A DNA stretch of 64,000 nucleotides from the human T2T-CHM13v2.0 reference genome, Homo sapiens. The notes under the pieces were generated by a model. That model ran no database searches, was not told the origin of the DNA, and was given only the letters and a program-made list of their open reading frames with translations. This document shows positions 32,401 to 44,959 of the stretch, piece by piece. Where the stretch lies: the NCBI RefSeq assembly GCF_009914755.1, contig NC_060947.1. One strand, 5' to 3'. The translations under genes and the position numbers were made by a program. Every line of letters begins with the position of its first letter. The first letter of the stretch is position 1.

Positions 32401-32815
32401 AAAGATCAGGGATAAAAACTGGATCTTAAAAGGGGCAAGAGAAAGGAAACAAATAACATACAATGGCATTCCAATACATCTGACAGCCGACTTTTCAGTG
32501 GAAACCTTACAGGAGGAGAGAGAGTGGCATGGCATATTTGATGTGCTGAAGAAAAATAACTTTTACCCTAGAATAGTATATCCAGCAAAAATATTCTTCA
32601 AACATGAAGGAGAAATAAAGACATTCCCAGAGGAAAAAAAAACAGCTGAGAGATTTTATCAATGCGAGGCTTGTCCTACAAGAAATGCTAAAGAAAGTAC
32701 TTTGATCAGAAATAAAGTGACATTAATGAGCAATAAATAATCATCTGAAGGTGCAAAACTCATTGGTAATAGTAAATACACAGAAAAACACAGAATATTG
32801 TAACACCTTAACCTT
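29425..32815 (+). mobile_element. 5' part of an old LINE-1 (L1PB/L1MA-like 5' UTR plus ORF1), 3' part missing
   Basis: Starts gagcaagatggcagagtag; ORF1 fragments MTSPNELNKAPG and HLTADFSVETLQ. Confidence 0.88.
29525..29845 (+). mobile_element. Alu (AluS-like) inside the L1 5' UTR
   Basis: Dimeric Alu. Confidence 0.93.
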
Positions 32816-32824
32816 AGTTTCAGA

Positions 32825-33030
32825 GCAGTAGTTCTAAATCAGGGGTTATTCAGAGGACATTTGGCAATGTCTGGAGACATTTTTGGTTGTTACAACTCGG
32901 AGACAATTACTATTGGCATCTAATTGGTAGAGGCCAGAGATGCTGCTGAACATTCTGCAATGCACAGGACAGCCCCCTACAACAAAAAAGTACCCAACCC
33001 CAAATGACAGTAGTGGAGAAACCTGGTTTA
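32825..33030. mobile_element. MER20-like hAT-Charlie DNA transposon
   Basis: ggacatttggcaatgtctggagacatttttggttg...gatgctgctgaacattctgcaatgcacaggacagcccc. Confidence 0.8.
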
Positions 33031-33614
33031 GTGAGTCTCAACAAATTAATATCTTCAATCTCTGCTTTCTCCTACTTTAATATATCCTGACTAGAAGGCT
33101 ACTTTCCAGATACTTAAGTACCATGAAAACAATCCATAGTCCAGTGCCTCAATGTTCTCCTGGGTTATTTAACCAGTGTTCACCAAGTCAGAAATAGTAG
33201 CTCCTTAAAGTTTTGTTCATAGTAAAGCAGATATGGTTCTATTATTGAACATCCCAATCAAAATACATGCAAATGAATACATTACATTTACAGAAAACTC
33301 CTGGCAGTATTTAAAGCACCACAGACTTATAATTATTTATTAAGACCCCTTCGGTAAACATATTTAAGGATCCCTGAACCATTTCAGCAAATGTTTCACT
33401 AAACTAAGTAGAAAAGTGGTTTTCCCTGTCATTCTTTATTATTTTCCTCTTTCTTCCTTGGACCTCTCCCTTCTTTTCCTATTTGTCTTAAAATAGACTT
33501 TCACCATTTTTCCTTCTCTCACTCTTCCAGAAAGCGGCAGGACTTTCTGTCCTGAAATTCTGTTTTTGCTAAGAACCCAGTCCTAAACATAAAAACAAGG
33601 ACTTGAGTAGGAGG

Positions 33615-36395
33615 AAATCAATGGGTATACATGTACATAAATATGGAAACAATAGACACTGGGGACTCCAAAAGTGGGGAGGGAGGGAAGGAGCGGGGCT
33701 AGGGTTGAAAAACTACCTATCATGTACTATGTTTACTATTTGGGAGATGGGTTCAACAGAAGCCCAAACAATCACAAATGATAAGGAGGATACCATCACT
33801 GACCCCACAGAAATACAAACAACCATTAGAGAATACTGTAAACACCTCTATGCACATAAACTAGAAAATCTTTAAAAAATGGATAAATTCCTGGACACAT
33901 ACACCCTCTCAAGATTGAATGAGAAAGATATTAAATCCCTGAATAGACCAATAACAAGTTCTGAAATTGAGGCAGTAATAAATAGCCTATCAACCAAAAA
34001 AAAAAAAAAAAAAAAAAAGCCCAGGGCAAGACAGATTTATAGCTGGATTGTATGAGAGGTATAAAGAAGAGCTGGTATCATCTTTACTGAAAGTATTTCA
34101 AACAATTAAAAGGAGGGACTCCTCCCTAACTCATTTTATGAGTCCAGCTTCATCTTGATATCAAAACCTGGCATAGATACAACAACAAAAAAGAAAACGT
34201 AAGGCCAATATCACTGATGAACATCAATGCAAAATTCTCAATAAAATATTGGCAAACCGAATGCAGCAGCACATCAAAAAGCTTATCCACCACAATCAAG
34301 TTGACTTCATCCCCGGGATGTCAGGTTGATTCAACATACGCAAATCAATAAATGTGACTAATCACATGAACAGAAATGAAGACAAAAACCACATGATTAT
34401 CTCAATAGATGCAGAAAAGGCCTTCAATGAAATTCAACACCGCTTTATGTAAAAAACTCTCAATAAACTAGGTATTGAAGGAACATACCTCAAAATAACA
34501 CAAGCAATGTATGACAAATCCACAGCCAAAATCATACTGAATGGGCAAAAGCTGGAAGCATTCCCCTTGAAAACTGGCACAAGACAAGGATGCCCTCTCT
34601 CATCAGTCCTATTCAACATAGCAGTGGAAGGTCTGCCCAGGGCAATCAGGCAAGAGAAGGAAATAAAGGGTATTCAAACAGAAAGAGAGGAAGTCAAATT
34701 ATCTTTGTTTGCAGATGACATGAGCTATATCTAGAAAACTCCATCATCTCAGCCCAAAAGCTTCCTAAGCTAATAAGCAACTTCAGGGATGTCTCAGGAT
34801 ACAAAATCAATGTGCAAAAATCACTAGCATTCCTATACACTAACAGGCAAGCAAAGAGCCAAATTATGAATGAACTCCCATTCACAATTGCTACAAAGAG
34901 AATAAAATACCTAGGAATACAGTTAACAAGGGAAGTGAAGGACCTCTTCAAGGAGAACTACAAACAACTGCTCAAAGAAATCAGAGAGGGCACAAACAAA
35001 TGGGAAAATATTCTGGGCTCATAGATAGGAAGAATCAATATCATGAAAATGGATATACTGACCAAAGAAATGTATAGATTCTATGCTATTCCTATTAAAC
35101 TACCATTGATATTCTTCACAGAAGTAGAAGAAACTATTTTAAAATTCAAAAACCCTAGAAGAAAATGTAGGCAACACCATTTAGGACATAGGCACAGGCA
35201 AATATTTAATCACAAAAACACCAAAAGCACTAGCAACAAAAGCAAAAATTGACCAATGGGTTCTAATTAAACTAAAGAGCTTTGGCAAAAGAAACTATCA
35301 TCAGAGTGAACAGATAACTTTCAGAATGGGAGAAAATTTTTGCGATCTATCCATCTGACAAAGGTCTAATATTCAGAGTCTACAAAAAAATAAATTTACA
35401 AAGAAAAAAACATTAAAAAGTGGGCAAAGCACATGAACAGACACTTCTAAAAAAAGTACATATGGCCAACAAGCATGAAAAAAAGCTCAACATCACTGAT
35501 CATTACAGAAATGCAAATGAAAACCACAGTGAGATACCATCTCACACCAGTCAGAATGGCGATTATTAAAAAGTCAATAAAAAACAGATGTTGGCAAGGT
35601 TTTGGAGAAAAAGGATCACTTTTACACTGTTGGTGGGAGTGTAAATTCATACATATACACCATATGCAGCCAGAAATGGAACAAGATCATGTCCTTTACA
35701 GGGACATGGATAAAGCTGAAAGCCATTATTCTCAGCAAAGTAACACAGGAAGAGAGAAACAAACACCACATATTCTCACTTACAAGTGGGAGCTGAATGA
35801 TGAGAGGACACTGACACATGAGGAGGAACAACACACACTGGGGCCTGTCGGGGGTGCACAGGGAGAGAGAACATAAAGAAGAATAGCTATTGGATGCTGG
35901 GCTTAATAGCTGGGTGATGGGTTGATCTGTGCAGCAAACCACCATGGCACACTATTCCTATGTAACAAACCTTCATATCCTGCACATGTACCCCAGAACT
36001 TTAAAAAGTTGAAGATAACAAAGAAAAGTAAAATCAGAAAATAAGATGACAGAAGTTGAGTTGAAGTAGTTCTGTTTTTATATAAATATTAGGGATAATC
36101 CTCTTTACGAGATAGATAGATATCAGGTTTAAAGAACCAAATTTCTTTAAAGTTGTACTCTATCTAAAAAGGATACTCAAATCAAAATAACACAAAAGTT
36201 TAAAGTGGAGGGATGGCAACAATATCAAACTAAATTAAAGTAGAAGTCATATATTACTATAAAAATGAAATTAAAGGCAAAAACATCAAACATAAAAAAG
36301 AAGCCCAAACCCCAGCTCTTTGCAAGATACCTTATGTAACAAACCTGCATATGTACTGCCTGAGTTCAAAATGATAAAAAAAGAAGGAAAGAAAT
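33615..36395 (+). mobile_element. L1PB-like 3' UTR fragment (33615-33769 and 36299-36395) split by a younger insertion
   Basis: 3' UTR resumes in register (agaagcccaaac|cccagc...gtaacaaacctgc) after a 12-bp TSD. Confidence 0.8.
33770..36298 (+). mobile_element. 5'-truncated L1PA13-16-like LINE-1 (33770 to ~36028, two internal deletions) plus ~270-bp 3' transduction
   Basis: ORF2 fragments; TSD agaagcccaaac at 33758-33769 and 36299-36310 encloses extra sequence after the L1 A-tail. Confidence 0.85.
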
Positions 36396-36810
36396 AAAAA
36401 AAGGACATGGAGATAAAAATCAGACTACTCCAGGCAACTTTGAATGTCTGTCTACCTCATTATAGCATGTCACAAATTTATTCACATTTTGACTTTTATT
36501 GTTGTGGTTTAGGACAGTAATTTCCTTAGGCTTGGCTTGTAAAACTAAGGTCTGCTTGTTCTGGGTTAGTCACTAGTTACATCCCTGGTTAAATGATAGT
36601 GATCAGAGAGAGCTCCTTGAGGGATTCCTATTTATCTTTGTATCCCTTGCAACACTTACTAAAATATTTTGAAGGTAAAAGAGATAAAGATGTTTAACTA
36701 ATTGAATTGAACTTCTTTTTTAGAAGCTTAAGGCATAACATATCTCCAAAGACCTCTCAATCTAGTTGAAGACGGAAGCAACAAATGAAAATGTCACCAG
36801 TAAAACACAC

Positions 36811-36878
36811 CTGTAGCAAGGCTAGTGGTACAAACAATAAATGCCATGGAGGTCCAGAGGCAGAAAAGTTACTTTCAC
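36811..36878 (-). pseudogene. Candidate exon, 68 nt: ESNFSASGPPWHLLFVPLALLQ (phase 1-0) or VKVTFLPLDLHGIYCLYH*PCY (phase 0-2)
   Basis: Strong acceptor atgtctctttccag, donor CAG|gtgtgt. Confidence 0.6.
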
Positions 36879-38279
36879 CTGGAAAGAGACATTCATTCTC
36901 AAAAGGCCACTGCACAATTTGTTTTAGAATCCTAGAGTCTTTCACATTTCCAATCCCAGGCTGCAAACATCTTCAAGGTCATTAGCTTCATCCACATCCC
37001 GCCCCCAACCACCAGCTTCCCTATCTGCCAAATGTTAAAATGTTCTCTACTATCTTTGCCAGATGATAGTGCTGGTAACGTAGGAAGCTTGATGACCCAG
37101 AAACATACCCATATTTTAAATTATTCATTCCCTAAACATTTCTTATATTTCCAAAGCTGCTTCAGACTGCACAGTATCTCAATATAGAACTTCTTAGAAA
37201 AGGTCAGGTTACTGAGAATAGTCACATAAATTTACTCCTATTTTTTTCTTATGTATTTTGAAGTATTTGGCCAACTTTCATTTGTTAACGTCAAGCACCC
37301 CTTTGAGAGTTAACCTATACTCCTCTGAGGGTCTTGGCTGCTAAAAGTGTTAAAGTATTGAACATCTGGAAGTCATGCAAGGTCCCCAAATAACATATAT
37401 TGCTGGGTTTCTTTACATATAAGTTAATTATACTGGTATCAAGGTCATAGCATAGCAGCAGCAATTTATGAATAATGACATTTTCAGGAAGGGTAAATGG
37501 GCCTTTAAGGATGATCTGGATTGAACTCAACAAACTCTAGTAAACCACTTAAAAAGCATAATTATATTTTTCATTATTGAAAAATCCAGGATCATCTACT
37601 GCTCCTGGATTAAACGAAAATTTGTTCAAATCGTAACAACATAAGGACTGATTTTAGTCCATATAATGATATTAAACTAAATACCCAAAGATGTAAACAG
37701 GATTGTGGCTTTACTATGAAGACAGCCCTGAAAATGCACCTCTTGGTAAAATAAATTCCTAGGTGAATATGTCATTGTGATGCCCCAAATCCTTTAATGT
37801 TATTCCATCTTCTATTTGACACAGAGTGTCACCCACTTTTAAAAACTATTTTGCTATCTTTCATCATTCTAATTTTATTGCACCCTATTTTTCAATATGA
37901 AATCTTCAGTTCAGTGAGACTGATGTATTCTCTGTCACTAAGGCACCATGCAAATGCTCATTTTGTTTACTGATTTCTTCATACCCTTTCTCTTGCCAAT
38001 CCACATTATGTACTCTTTAATCTCCCTTCTCCACCCTATCTCTGAAATCCAATAGCATTTCCTATCTGTTTGAAATGTTCCAAAATATTTCTTGTTTGTC
38101 CAGTGACTTAGCCTTTCTTGGCTCTGTGTTCTTTCTCCCTGAGATTTGCAAAAGCTTCTTCCACACAGAAATCATGGCATACTTCTCTATATTTGTTCCC
38201 AAAGCACAGTTCTCTTGCACATAGTAGACACTCTATAAATATTTGTTAAATACATGCATGAGTTGACTCAATAAAGAGA

Positions 38280-38600
<321 letters not shown>

Positions 38601-38978
38601 CAGAGATAGCTTTTTAACATGGAAGGCAATATTTCCAAACTTGCTAACTTGGAGATTATAATGAAACAGATCAACACACTCAAAAGGAGCATAGAGTACA
38701 CAGTTGTGCACGTTATAAAGTATAGCAGGTAGTTTTGGTAACTATTTGTTCTGGCTTCCTATACACAATCCTCACTGTATATATTGTAGTGATTCCAATT
38801 TTAATTGAAGTTTTAAAAGTGACGCAAGAAGGAGAACATCAATATATCAGCTCATAACTGTTTTAGCCTACCACATCCTTCATGTGAATGAAATATAGGT
38901 TTGAGATAATTATTTATTTTATCATATCCTTGTATGTAATCTCCAACAACTTTGGCTCCTGCTGCCCACAACCCTTAC

Positions 38979-39012
38979 GAAAGAACTGCTGCAGACTTCC
39001 ATAGTGGGCTGG
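38979..39012 (-). pseudogene. Candidate exon, 34 nt: PAHYGSLQQFF (phase 0-1) or SPLWKSAAVL (phase 1-2)
   Basis: Acceptor ttattctgcatttcag, donor C|gtaagg. Confidence 0.55.
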
Positions 39013-39589
39013 CTGAAATGCAGAATAAACGTCCAAATTTGTTTCCAACTTATATTACCTAATGTTGGAAACCATTTGCTTGAATATTGGCTTTTATAAT
39101 ATTTCAAATGGAACATATTTCACTTGGGAAATATCTGCTTTTATAGTTGTTGGAAGCTTTTCCTATTTTGAATTTCTGTTTTGCTTGGTCGTGACTTCTT
39201 CCCTCCCCCTTTTTTTAATTAATATTCTTTCCTTGAAGAATTGTGGCAAATAGTTTAGAGACTAAAAGGTAACACTCCATGAATTTATGAAAAAGATGAT
39301 TTGTTTATATCTGTTTTGCATAGAATTGTTCATATTTTCATTGACACATACAAATTTTGCTTCATTCTGAGGGAGAGAGAGAGGGAAAGAATGATAATCA
39401 ATGGAGTACAAATTTATTGTTTATTATTAATTGAAGGTTAATTATTTTTAAACAGACATTTAAAAAATTTCATCATCTAAAAAAGTCTACACTACATGAA
39501 AAAGTGAAAAGGAAAATTATCTCTCATATATCTTCGTTTCCTTAAGACACCCAGTTTTACAAAAGGTGTTCCTGTCCACTCTGAAATAC

Positions 39590-39663
39590 CTGCCTGTTAA
39601 AGTGACAGTTGTAGAGTGTCCTTGTTAGCTTTTTTCTTCATCCAACAAATCGAAAGCATTAAG
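39590..39663 (-). pseudogene. Candidate exon, 74 nt, stops in all three frames
   Basis: Acceptor ttgttttttgaaacag, donor CAG|gtattt; reads LNAFDLLDEEK/KLTRTLYNCHFNRQ with a 1-nt loss in the A6 run, or LMLSICWMKKKANKDTLQLSL*QA with one TAA. Confidence 0.55.
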
Positions 39664-39885
39664 CTGTTTCAAAAAACAACGAAACCATTTTCTCAGCTCC
39701 AAATTCAGGGAAAAATATGGAATGACTTAATATTTATCCAACTCTAATGTTCAGTGAAACTGTGTTTTACAAAATAAACACACCGGTGGTGAAATAAATC
39801 ACCTTTCAAACAGTTTAAAAACAAATGTAAATTTTTTTTTAATCAAAGACCTTTTATAAATGTATTCTTGTATTTGGTCTCTACA

Positions 39886-39898
39886 TGCCCCCTTGTGG
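39886..39898 (-). promoter_or_regulatory. Candidate CTCF core motif CCACAAGGGGGCA
   Basis: Resembles CTCF consensus CCAC(C/T)AG(G/A)GGGC; motif match only. Confidence 0.3.
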
Positions 39899-39952
39899 TA
39901 ACACCAAATAAACTCAAGGCTCTTGAAAATGGAAACGGTTTATTTTTTAGTG

Positions 39953-40325
39953 CAGATGCTCCTTGACTTACAATTCAGTTACTTCCCCAATAAATCCTTC
40001 GTTAATTGAAAATACCATAAGTCGAATATGTATTTAATACACCAAACCTACTGAACATTTTAGCTTAGCCTAGCCTACCTTGAACATGCTCAGAACACTT
40101 ACGTTAGCCTACAGCTGGGCAAAATCATCTAACGTGAAGCTTATTTTATAATACAGTACTGTATATTTCATGTAATTTATGGATACCGTACTGAAAACGA
40201 CAAATGAAAAGCTCGTATGAGTACTTGAAGTACAGTTTCAAATGAATGTGTATTGCTGTCTCACCATGATAAAATTGAAAAATTGTAAGTTGATCCATTA
40301 ACTATCCTAAGTTGGGTACTGTCTA
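39953..40325 (+). mobile_element. MER47A-like TcMar-Tigger DNA transposon
   Basis: Starts cagatgctccttgacttac; internal tagcttagcctagcctacc. Confidence 0.8.
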
Positions 40326-40842
40326 TATATTTAAGTCAAAACTATTATTTTAAAATTTCTTCAGGCACTTTTGTAAATAGATAATCATATCACAGAAATT
40401 GATACCATAACTAAGATATCCTGGGTTGTTCATATGGAAATAAACTCTTACATTTTCTCACCATTTTAAATAAAAAAAAATACACTTGTAACAGTAATAG
40501 AACCGCAACAAATTATGGCATAAAAATCAAGAGAGAGAAATTTAGTAAGACACTTTGACATCCTCATTCTTGTGTCTTTTACAATTTAAATTAAAATTGG
40601 GATAATTACAACATATACAATGAGCTCCCAACACAGTGTATGCAGGATACCAGAGAAAGTCATTACGTTTTCCAAAGTGAGATACCAAACTTATCTTATT
40701 GTAGGGGATGCAATGAGGACTTACTAAGGAAAACCTTTGAAGTGATAGCATTAGTGGAACGGATTCTGAGCCTGTGAAGGGAAGCTAGACTCACAAGTGC
40801 ATGAAAATAGCAAGTATCATCTTTTTTGCAAAGTGACGTCAC

Positions 40843-40880
40843 CCATATGTTGGAAATAAATGTCCTTCAGATATCATCAG
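40843..40880 (-). pseudogene. Candidate small exon, 38 nt, phase 0-2: LMISEGHLFPTY
   Basis: After an 84-nt intron with poly(T) tract; acceptor ccatacag, donor GG|gtgacg. Confidence 0.35.
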
Positions 40881-40964
40881 CTGTATGGAGCCCCGTATTA
40901 AGCCATGCAAAAAAAAAAAAGAATAAAAATATATATCTGGTCCTTGCCAAACCACAGGTCTTAC

Positions 40965-41046
40965 AATAGCCTCAAGTGCACACCGTAGTATAGAATATAT
41001 AGTATGATGGTATCTAAAGATCCGGGCCTGCTCTGCCAAAGGCTTC
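40965..41046 (-). pseudogene. Candidate exon, 82 nt, phase 2-0: KPLAEQARIFRYHHTIYSILRCALEAI
   Basis: Donor ATT|gtaaga, open frame, phase matches the exon upstream; pyrimidine tract replaced by a MER53-like element. Confidence 0.6.
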
Positions 41047-41052
41047 CTAGGT

Positions 41053-41135
41053 TAGGCTTACCAGATTCAGTAAATTATATAGGGAACCCAATTAAATTAG
41101 AATTTCAGTTAAACAATGAATGCTCTTTTAGTAAA
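41053..41135. mobile_element. MER53-like hAT MITE, about half
   Basis: taggcttaccagattcagtaaat...cccaattaaattagaatttcagttaaacaatgaat. Confidence 0.65.
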
Positions 41136-43037
41136 CTATTTCTCATGAAGTGTTATTTTCAAATACTAGTCTGTGATCAGATTTCCAACAATCCACAAAA
41201 AAATAACTTTCTTTGTATAATGCAATTACTTTTTTTATAAAGCCAGATTTATCATTTATTCCATATCTCACTTCTAAAGTTATGTCTGTCTCAGGTTTCA
41301 TATGTATTATTTTACATATATACCTATTTGGTGTATGTACATATATATCTATATTTATATGGAATAAATATATATAAATATTTATGATAGAATACTAAAT
41401 AGCAGTCAAAACAATTTATATATATTATAGTTATAGTATATATATAATTCCTTTAAATTGTTATTTAGCATTCTATTATATAGATATATTTATCTAGTCT
41501 CCAATTGACTGGAAAATTTTTTTCTAGTTTTTTCCATTAAAAACAATGCTGATATCAGCCTTCCAGTACATGTGTCCTTATGTATAGTGCATTTATATAA
41601 AATGTATATCTGTAGTGTAATTGCAGGATTGTAGGCTCTGCGCATTGTCAATTTTACTTGATACTAATAAATTATTTTCCAGATTGGCTGTATAAATTTT
41701 TAACCCCATCAGCAACATATGGAAGTGCTATTTTTCTTATGTGGTGTCTGTATTTTATATCTTTTCACGTTTTAAGTGCTGGTGATCTAATACAGCCTCT
41801 CTTTTTCTGTGACTCATTAAACCCCAGTAGTATCCTTCAAGGCCTTCTTATGCCCTGGGCTTTCCTGTCACTCCATCTGATCCTGCCACCACTTCCTAAA
41901 ATCCAAACTACAGTGAACAACATTAGCCTTCCTTCTCTGGCCAATGTCCCAGGCTCCAATCCTTTTATTAAACAGAGCTCTTTAGGCTTTTATTGTCACA
42001 TTCTCCCAGGGTTCTGTTAGAAAATAATTAACAGATTAATGTTCACTAAATAATTGCTGAATGAGTAATGATTTAATGGGTTATCCCTCTATTTGCATTT
42101 GCATTTTAATAGTTCTTGTCGAGGTCCTAATCTCAAAAAGAGACTAATGGCCCAGAGGATGAGCCTGAGGGATGGGTGAAACTAGGTAGAAGGCCCTTCA
42201 GGGTGGCACCAATCATACAACTAATGTGCCATAGTCAGCCAGCGTATCTGGAGAATAGAGCGATTTTGATTGAATTAATTTATATTTGGGTTAAATAAAA
42301 GTTTACTAAAATCTGTTTTTCTTTAGAAACTTAGAAAAAAATTCAACAAACATGTGTCTTAGCTTATTCAAGGTAGACTTGTGGCCATGGTTGAATTTTT
42401 GACTGATAAACTCTTAGGACCTTAGAGTCATTTTCTAAACATCAGTTTCATTCATCAGAACTGAAGATAGCAATGGAAGCAGAAGCAAGTATGCCATCTC
42501 TGCTATGTATTGAGTTCAGTATATAATCTGAAAAGTAGTTACTGTTTTCTTTTGTTTTTACTAAATCATTGATGTTAGTTGTGCTGCTTTCATGATATTC
42601 TTAATTGCAATTTTAGTATACCTTTAATTGTACAGTTTTTATATTATGCTAATTTTTTATTATGTACAACTTTATGACTTGTCTCTAATAGTAATTTACA
42701 GACTGTACATATTTGATATGTGAATTTCACACTTCTTACATGTCTTCTAAAAATGACAGTGAGGAAAACAGCCATATCCTGGACATTGCCTACAGAAAGA
42801 CAGTCTGTACCTTGCCACACAATGTCACCTTTATGTGTATCTAATACAATTTTCTGTCACATAGTAGGCGCTTAATAAATGTGATTGAAAGCTTGAGTAA
42901 ATGAGTGATTGTGCTCACTTTCAATTTGCAAGTTAGTCTTTCCGTCTGGAAATCTATCAAATCACTGTTTATTTGTGAAAGGAGCAGAATTACTTTCTGA
43001 CCAGATGTTGATAGAGGGGCTATATGAACAGCATTAC

Positions 43038-43172
43038 CCTATGGTTCCTCATTTGATCATGACTACTGGAGGGTATTCTTTAAAAATCTCCAAAAACAGT
43101 TCACGTTTATCAAATGAAGTGACATGGAGAGCCAGAAGTCTTGGTTTCTCCTCTGAGCAATTATGGAGTGTG
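43038..43172 (-). pseudogene. Candidate exon, 135 nt, phase 2-2: TLHNCSEEKPRLLALHVTSFDKRELFLEIFKEYPPVVMIK*GTI
   Basis: Acceptor catttctgtttaag, donor GG|gtaatg, single TGA at 43049-43051. Confidence 0.6.
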
Positions 43173-43465
43173 CTTAAACAGAAATGACTATAAATTTAGC
43201 TGAATGGGGCTTATTTTCTGAAAGCCAGAGGTACAGATTGAATCAGTTGAGCAATAGAAAAAGGAGTAGCTTCCAAAACATAATGGCTACATTAAAGTGG
43301 TTTGCACAATTATCTGTCACCTAGAGGCAATTTACTCAGAAAAAATTAATTATATTACTAAAACTGTCGTCTCTACTTATGTTTCACCACAATAGTATGA
43401 AGAGGTTGATTAGTTACTGCTGATTTCTTCCTTTTGGAACTAAACATAGGGAGGATATATATTAC

Positions 43466-43495
43466 TCTTTCTCTTTCTCTGTGGTTCCTGGAAAC
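43466..43495 (-). pseudogene. Candidate micro-exon, 30 nt, phase 2-2: FPGTTEKEK
   Basis: Acceptor tttctctttaatag, donor GA|gtaata. Confidence 0.4.
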
Positions 43496-44119
43496 CTATT
43501 AAAGAGAAATTTATAAGTCTGGGAAGCAGCAGAAAGTTAGCTTGGTTAGCATGTGAAGAGACATGACAATGTGCAGGATTTGGAGTTTAACAACTTGAAG
43601 ATGGTGAAAATTTTAAAGTGCTGCTCCTATCCTTTCCCTTTCTTTTTAAGGGTCTCCTGAAGGCTGCATTCTTTAGTCACTAATTCATGCAGTATGCTTT
43701 GTAAGAAACTTTAAAACAGTATTTTTCCTGCTGCTATTCCTTGCATTTTCATTTGTGGCCTAAATGATCTATGTAGGAAATATTTACTTTGAGGCTTTGG
43801 TTTGGCTCGAAAAATGCCAAGTGATCAAACCCAGGCAATGTGTCCATTGATCTCAGCAATGGAATCTTTGAGTGTAGAATAACGTACAGGCAAGTTGCTA
43901 CAAAAAAAAAAAAAGATTCCAAATTATGTTTGCAGATGTAATAACCCTAATGTTATTCTATTTCTAAAAGAGAGATAAAAAGTTGAATTCTTTATGAATT
44001 TTAATTTTTGCCTTTAGTGTCTTCCTGAAAGAAAATAAAAACAAAATAAGTGGTAAGGTTTACATATAATGGGTCTATTTGTCCTTTTCTCCATGCTTCC
44101 CCTTCATTTCCCGATTTCT

Positions 44120-44713
44120 TTTTTTTATTTTTTCAATAATTTTTAATTATACTTTAAGTTCTAGGGTACATGTGCACAATGTGCAGGTTTGTTACATACG
44201 TATACATGTACCATGTTAGTGTGCTGCACCCATTAACTCATCATTTACATTAGGTATATCTCCTAAAGCTATCCCTCCCTTCTTCCCCCACCCCACAATA
44301 GGCCCTGGTGTGTGATGTTCCCCTTTCTGTGTCCAAGTGTTCCCATTGTTCAGTTCCCACCTATGAGTGAGAACATGCGGTGTTTGGTTTTTTGTCCTTG
44401 CTATAGTTTGCTGAGAATGATGGTTTCCAGCTTCATCCATGTCCCTACAAAGGACATGAACTCATCCTTTTTTATGGCTGCATAGTATTCCATGGTGTAT
44501 ATGTGCCACATTTTCTTAATCCAGTCTATCATTGTTGGACATTTGGGTTAGTTCCAAGTCTTTGCTATTGTGAATAGTGCCGCAATAAACATACGTGTGC
44601 ATGTGTCTTTATAGCAGCATGATTTATTTGTGGCGATTCCTCAGGGATCTAGAACTAGAAATACCATTTGACCCAGCCATCCCATTACCGGGTATATACC
44701 CAAAGGAATATAA
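44120..44713 (-). mobile_element. Short L1PA5-like LINE-1 with inverted 5' segment (44629-44713 on +)
   Basis: Minus 3' end to ~44627, then plus-strand upstream L1 sequence; short TSD atttct at 44114-44119 and 44714-44719. Confidence 0.9.
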
Positions 44714-44959
44714 ATTTCTACTGAATTTGATTTTCAGATAATATTTGCGGATTTGAGGTGCTAGGTTTGTATTATGGGTAACCCAATCTCTCACAGTAGG
44801 AGGGAAGTTTCTGGACCCTCAAAAGCCTGTAGGGAATAGGAAAAGGAGTTGTGAATAGGTGGGAGTTTTTTCTTTCATTCAATAATCCCCCTGTGTCTTT
44901 GAAACAATATTCCATAAGCACCCACCTAGTCTAAGGTCTTTCCAAATAAAACCCACATA

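Noticed and set aside
38979-39012. AHYGSL resemblance to myelin basic protein
   Set aside because: Six-residue match, no similarity in flanks, and the frame itself is uncertain
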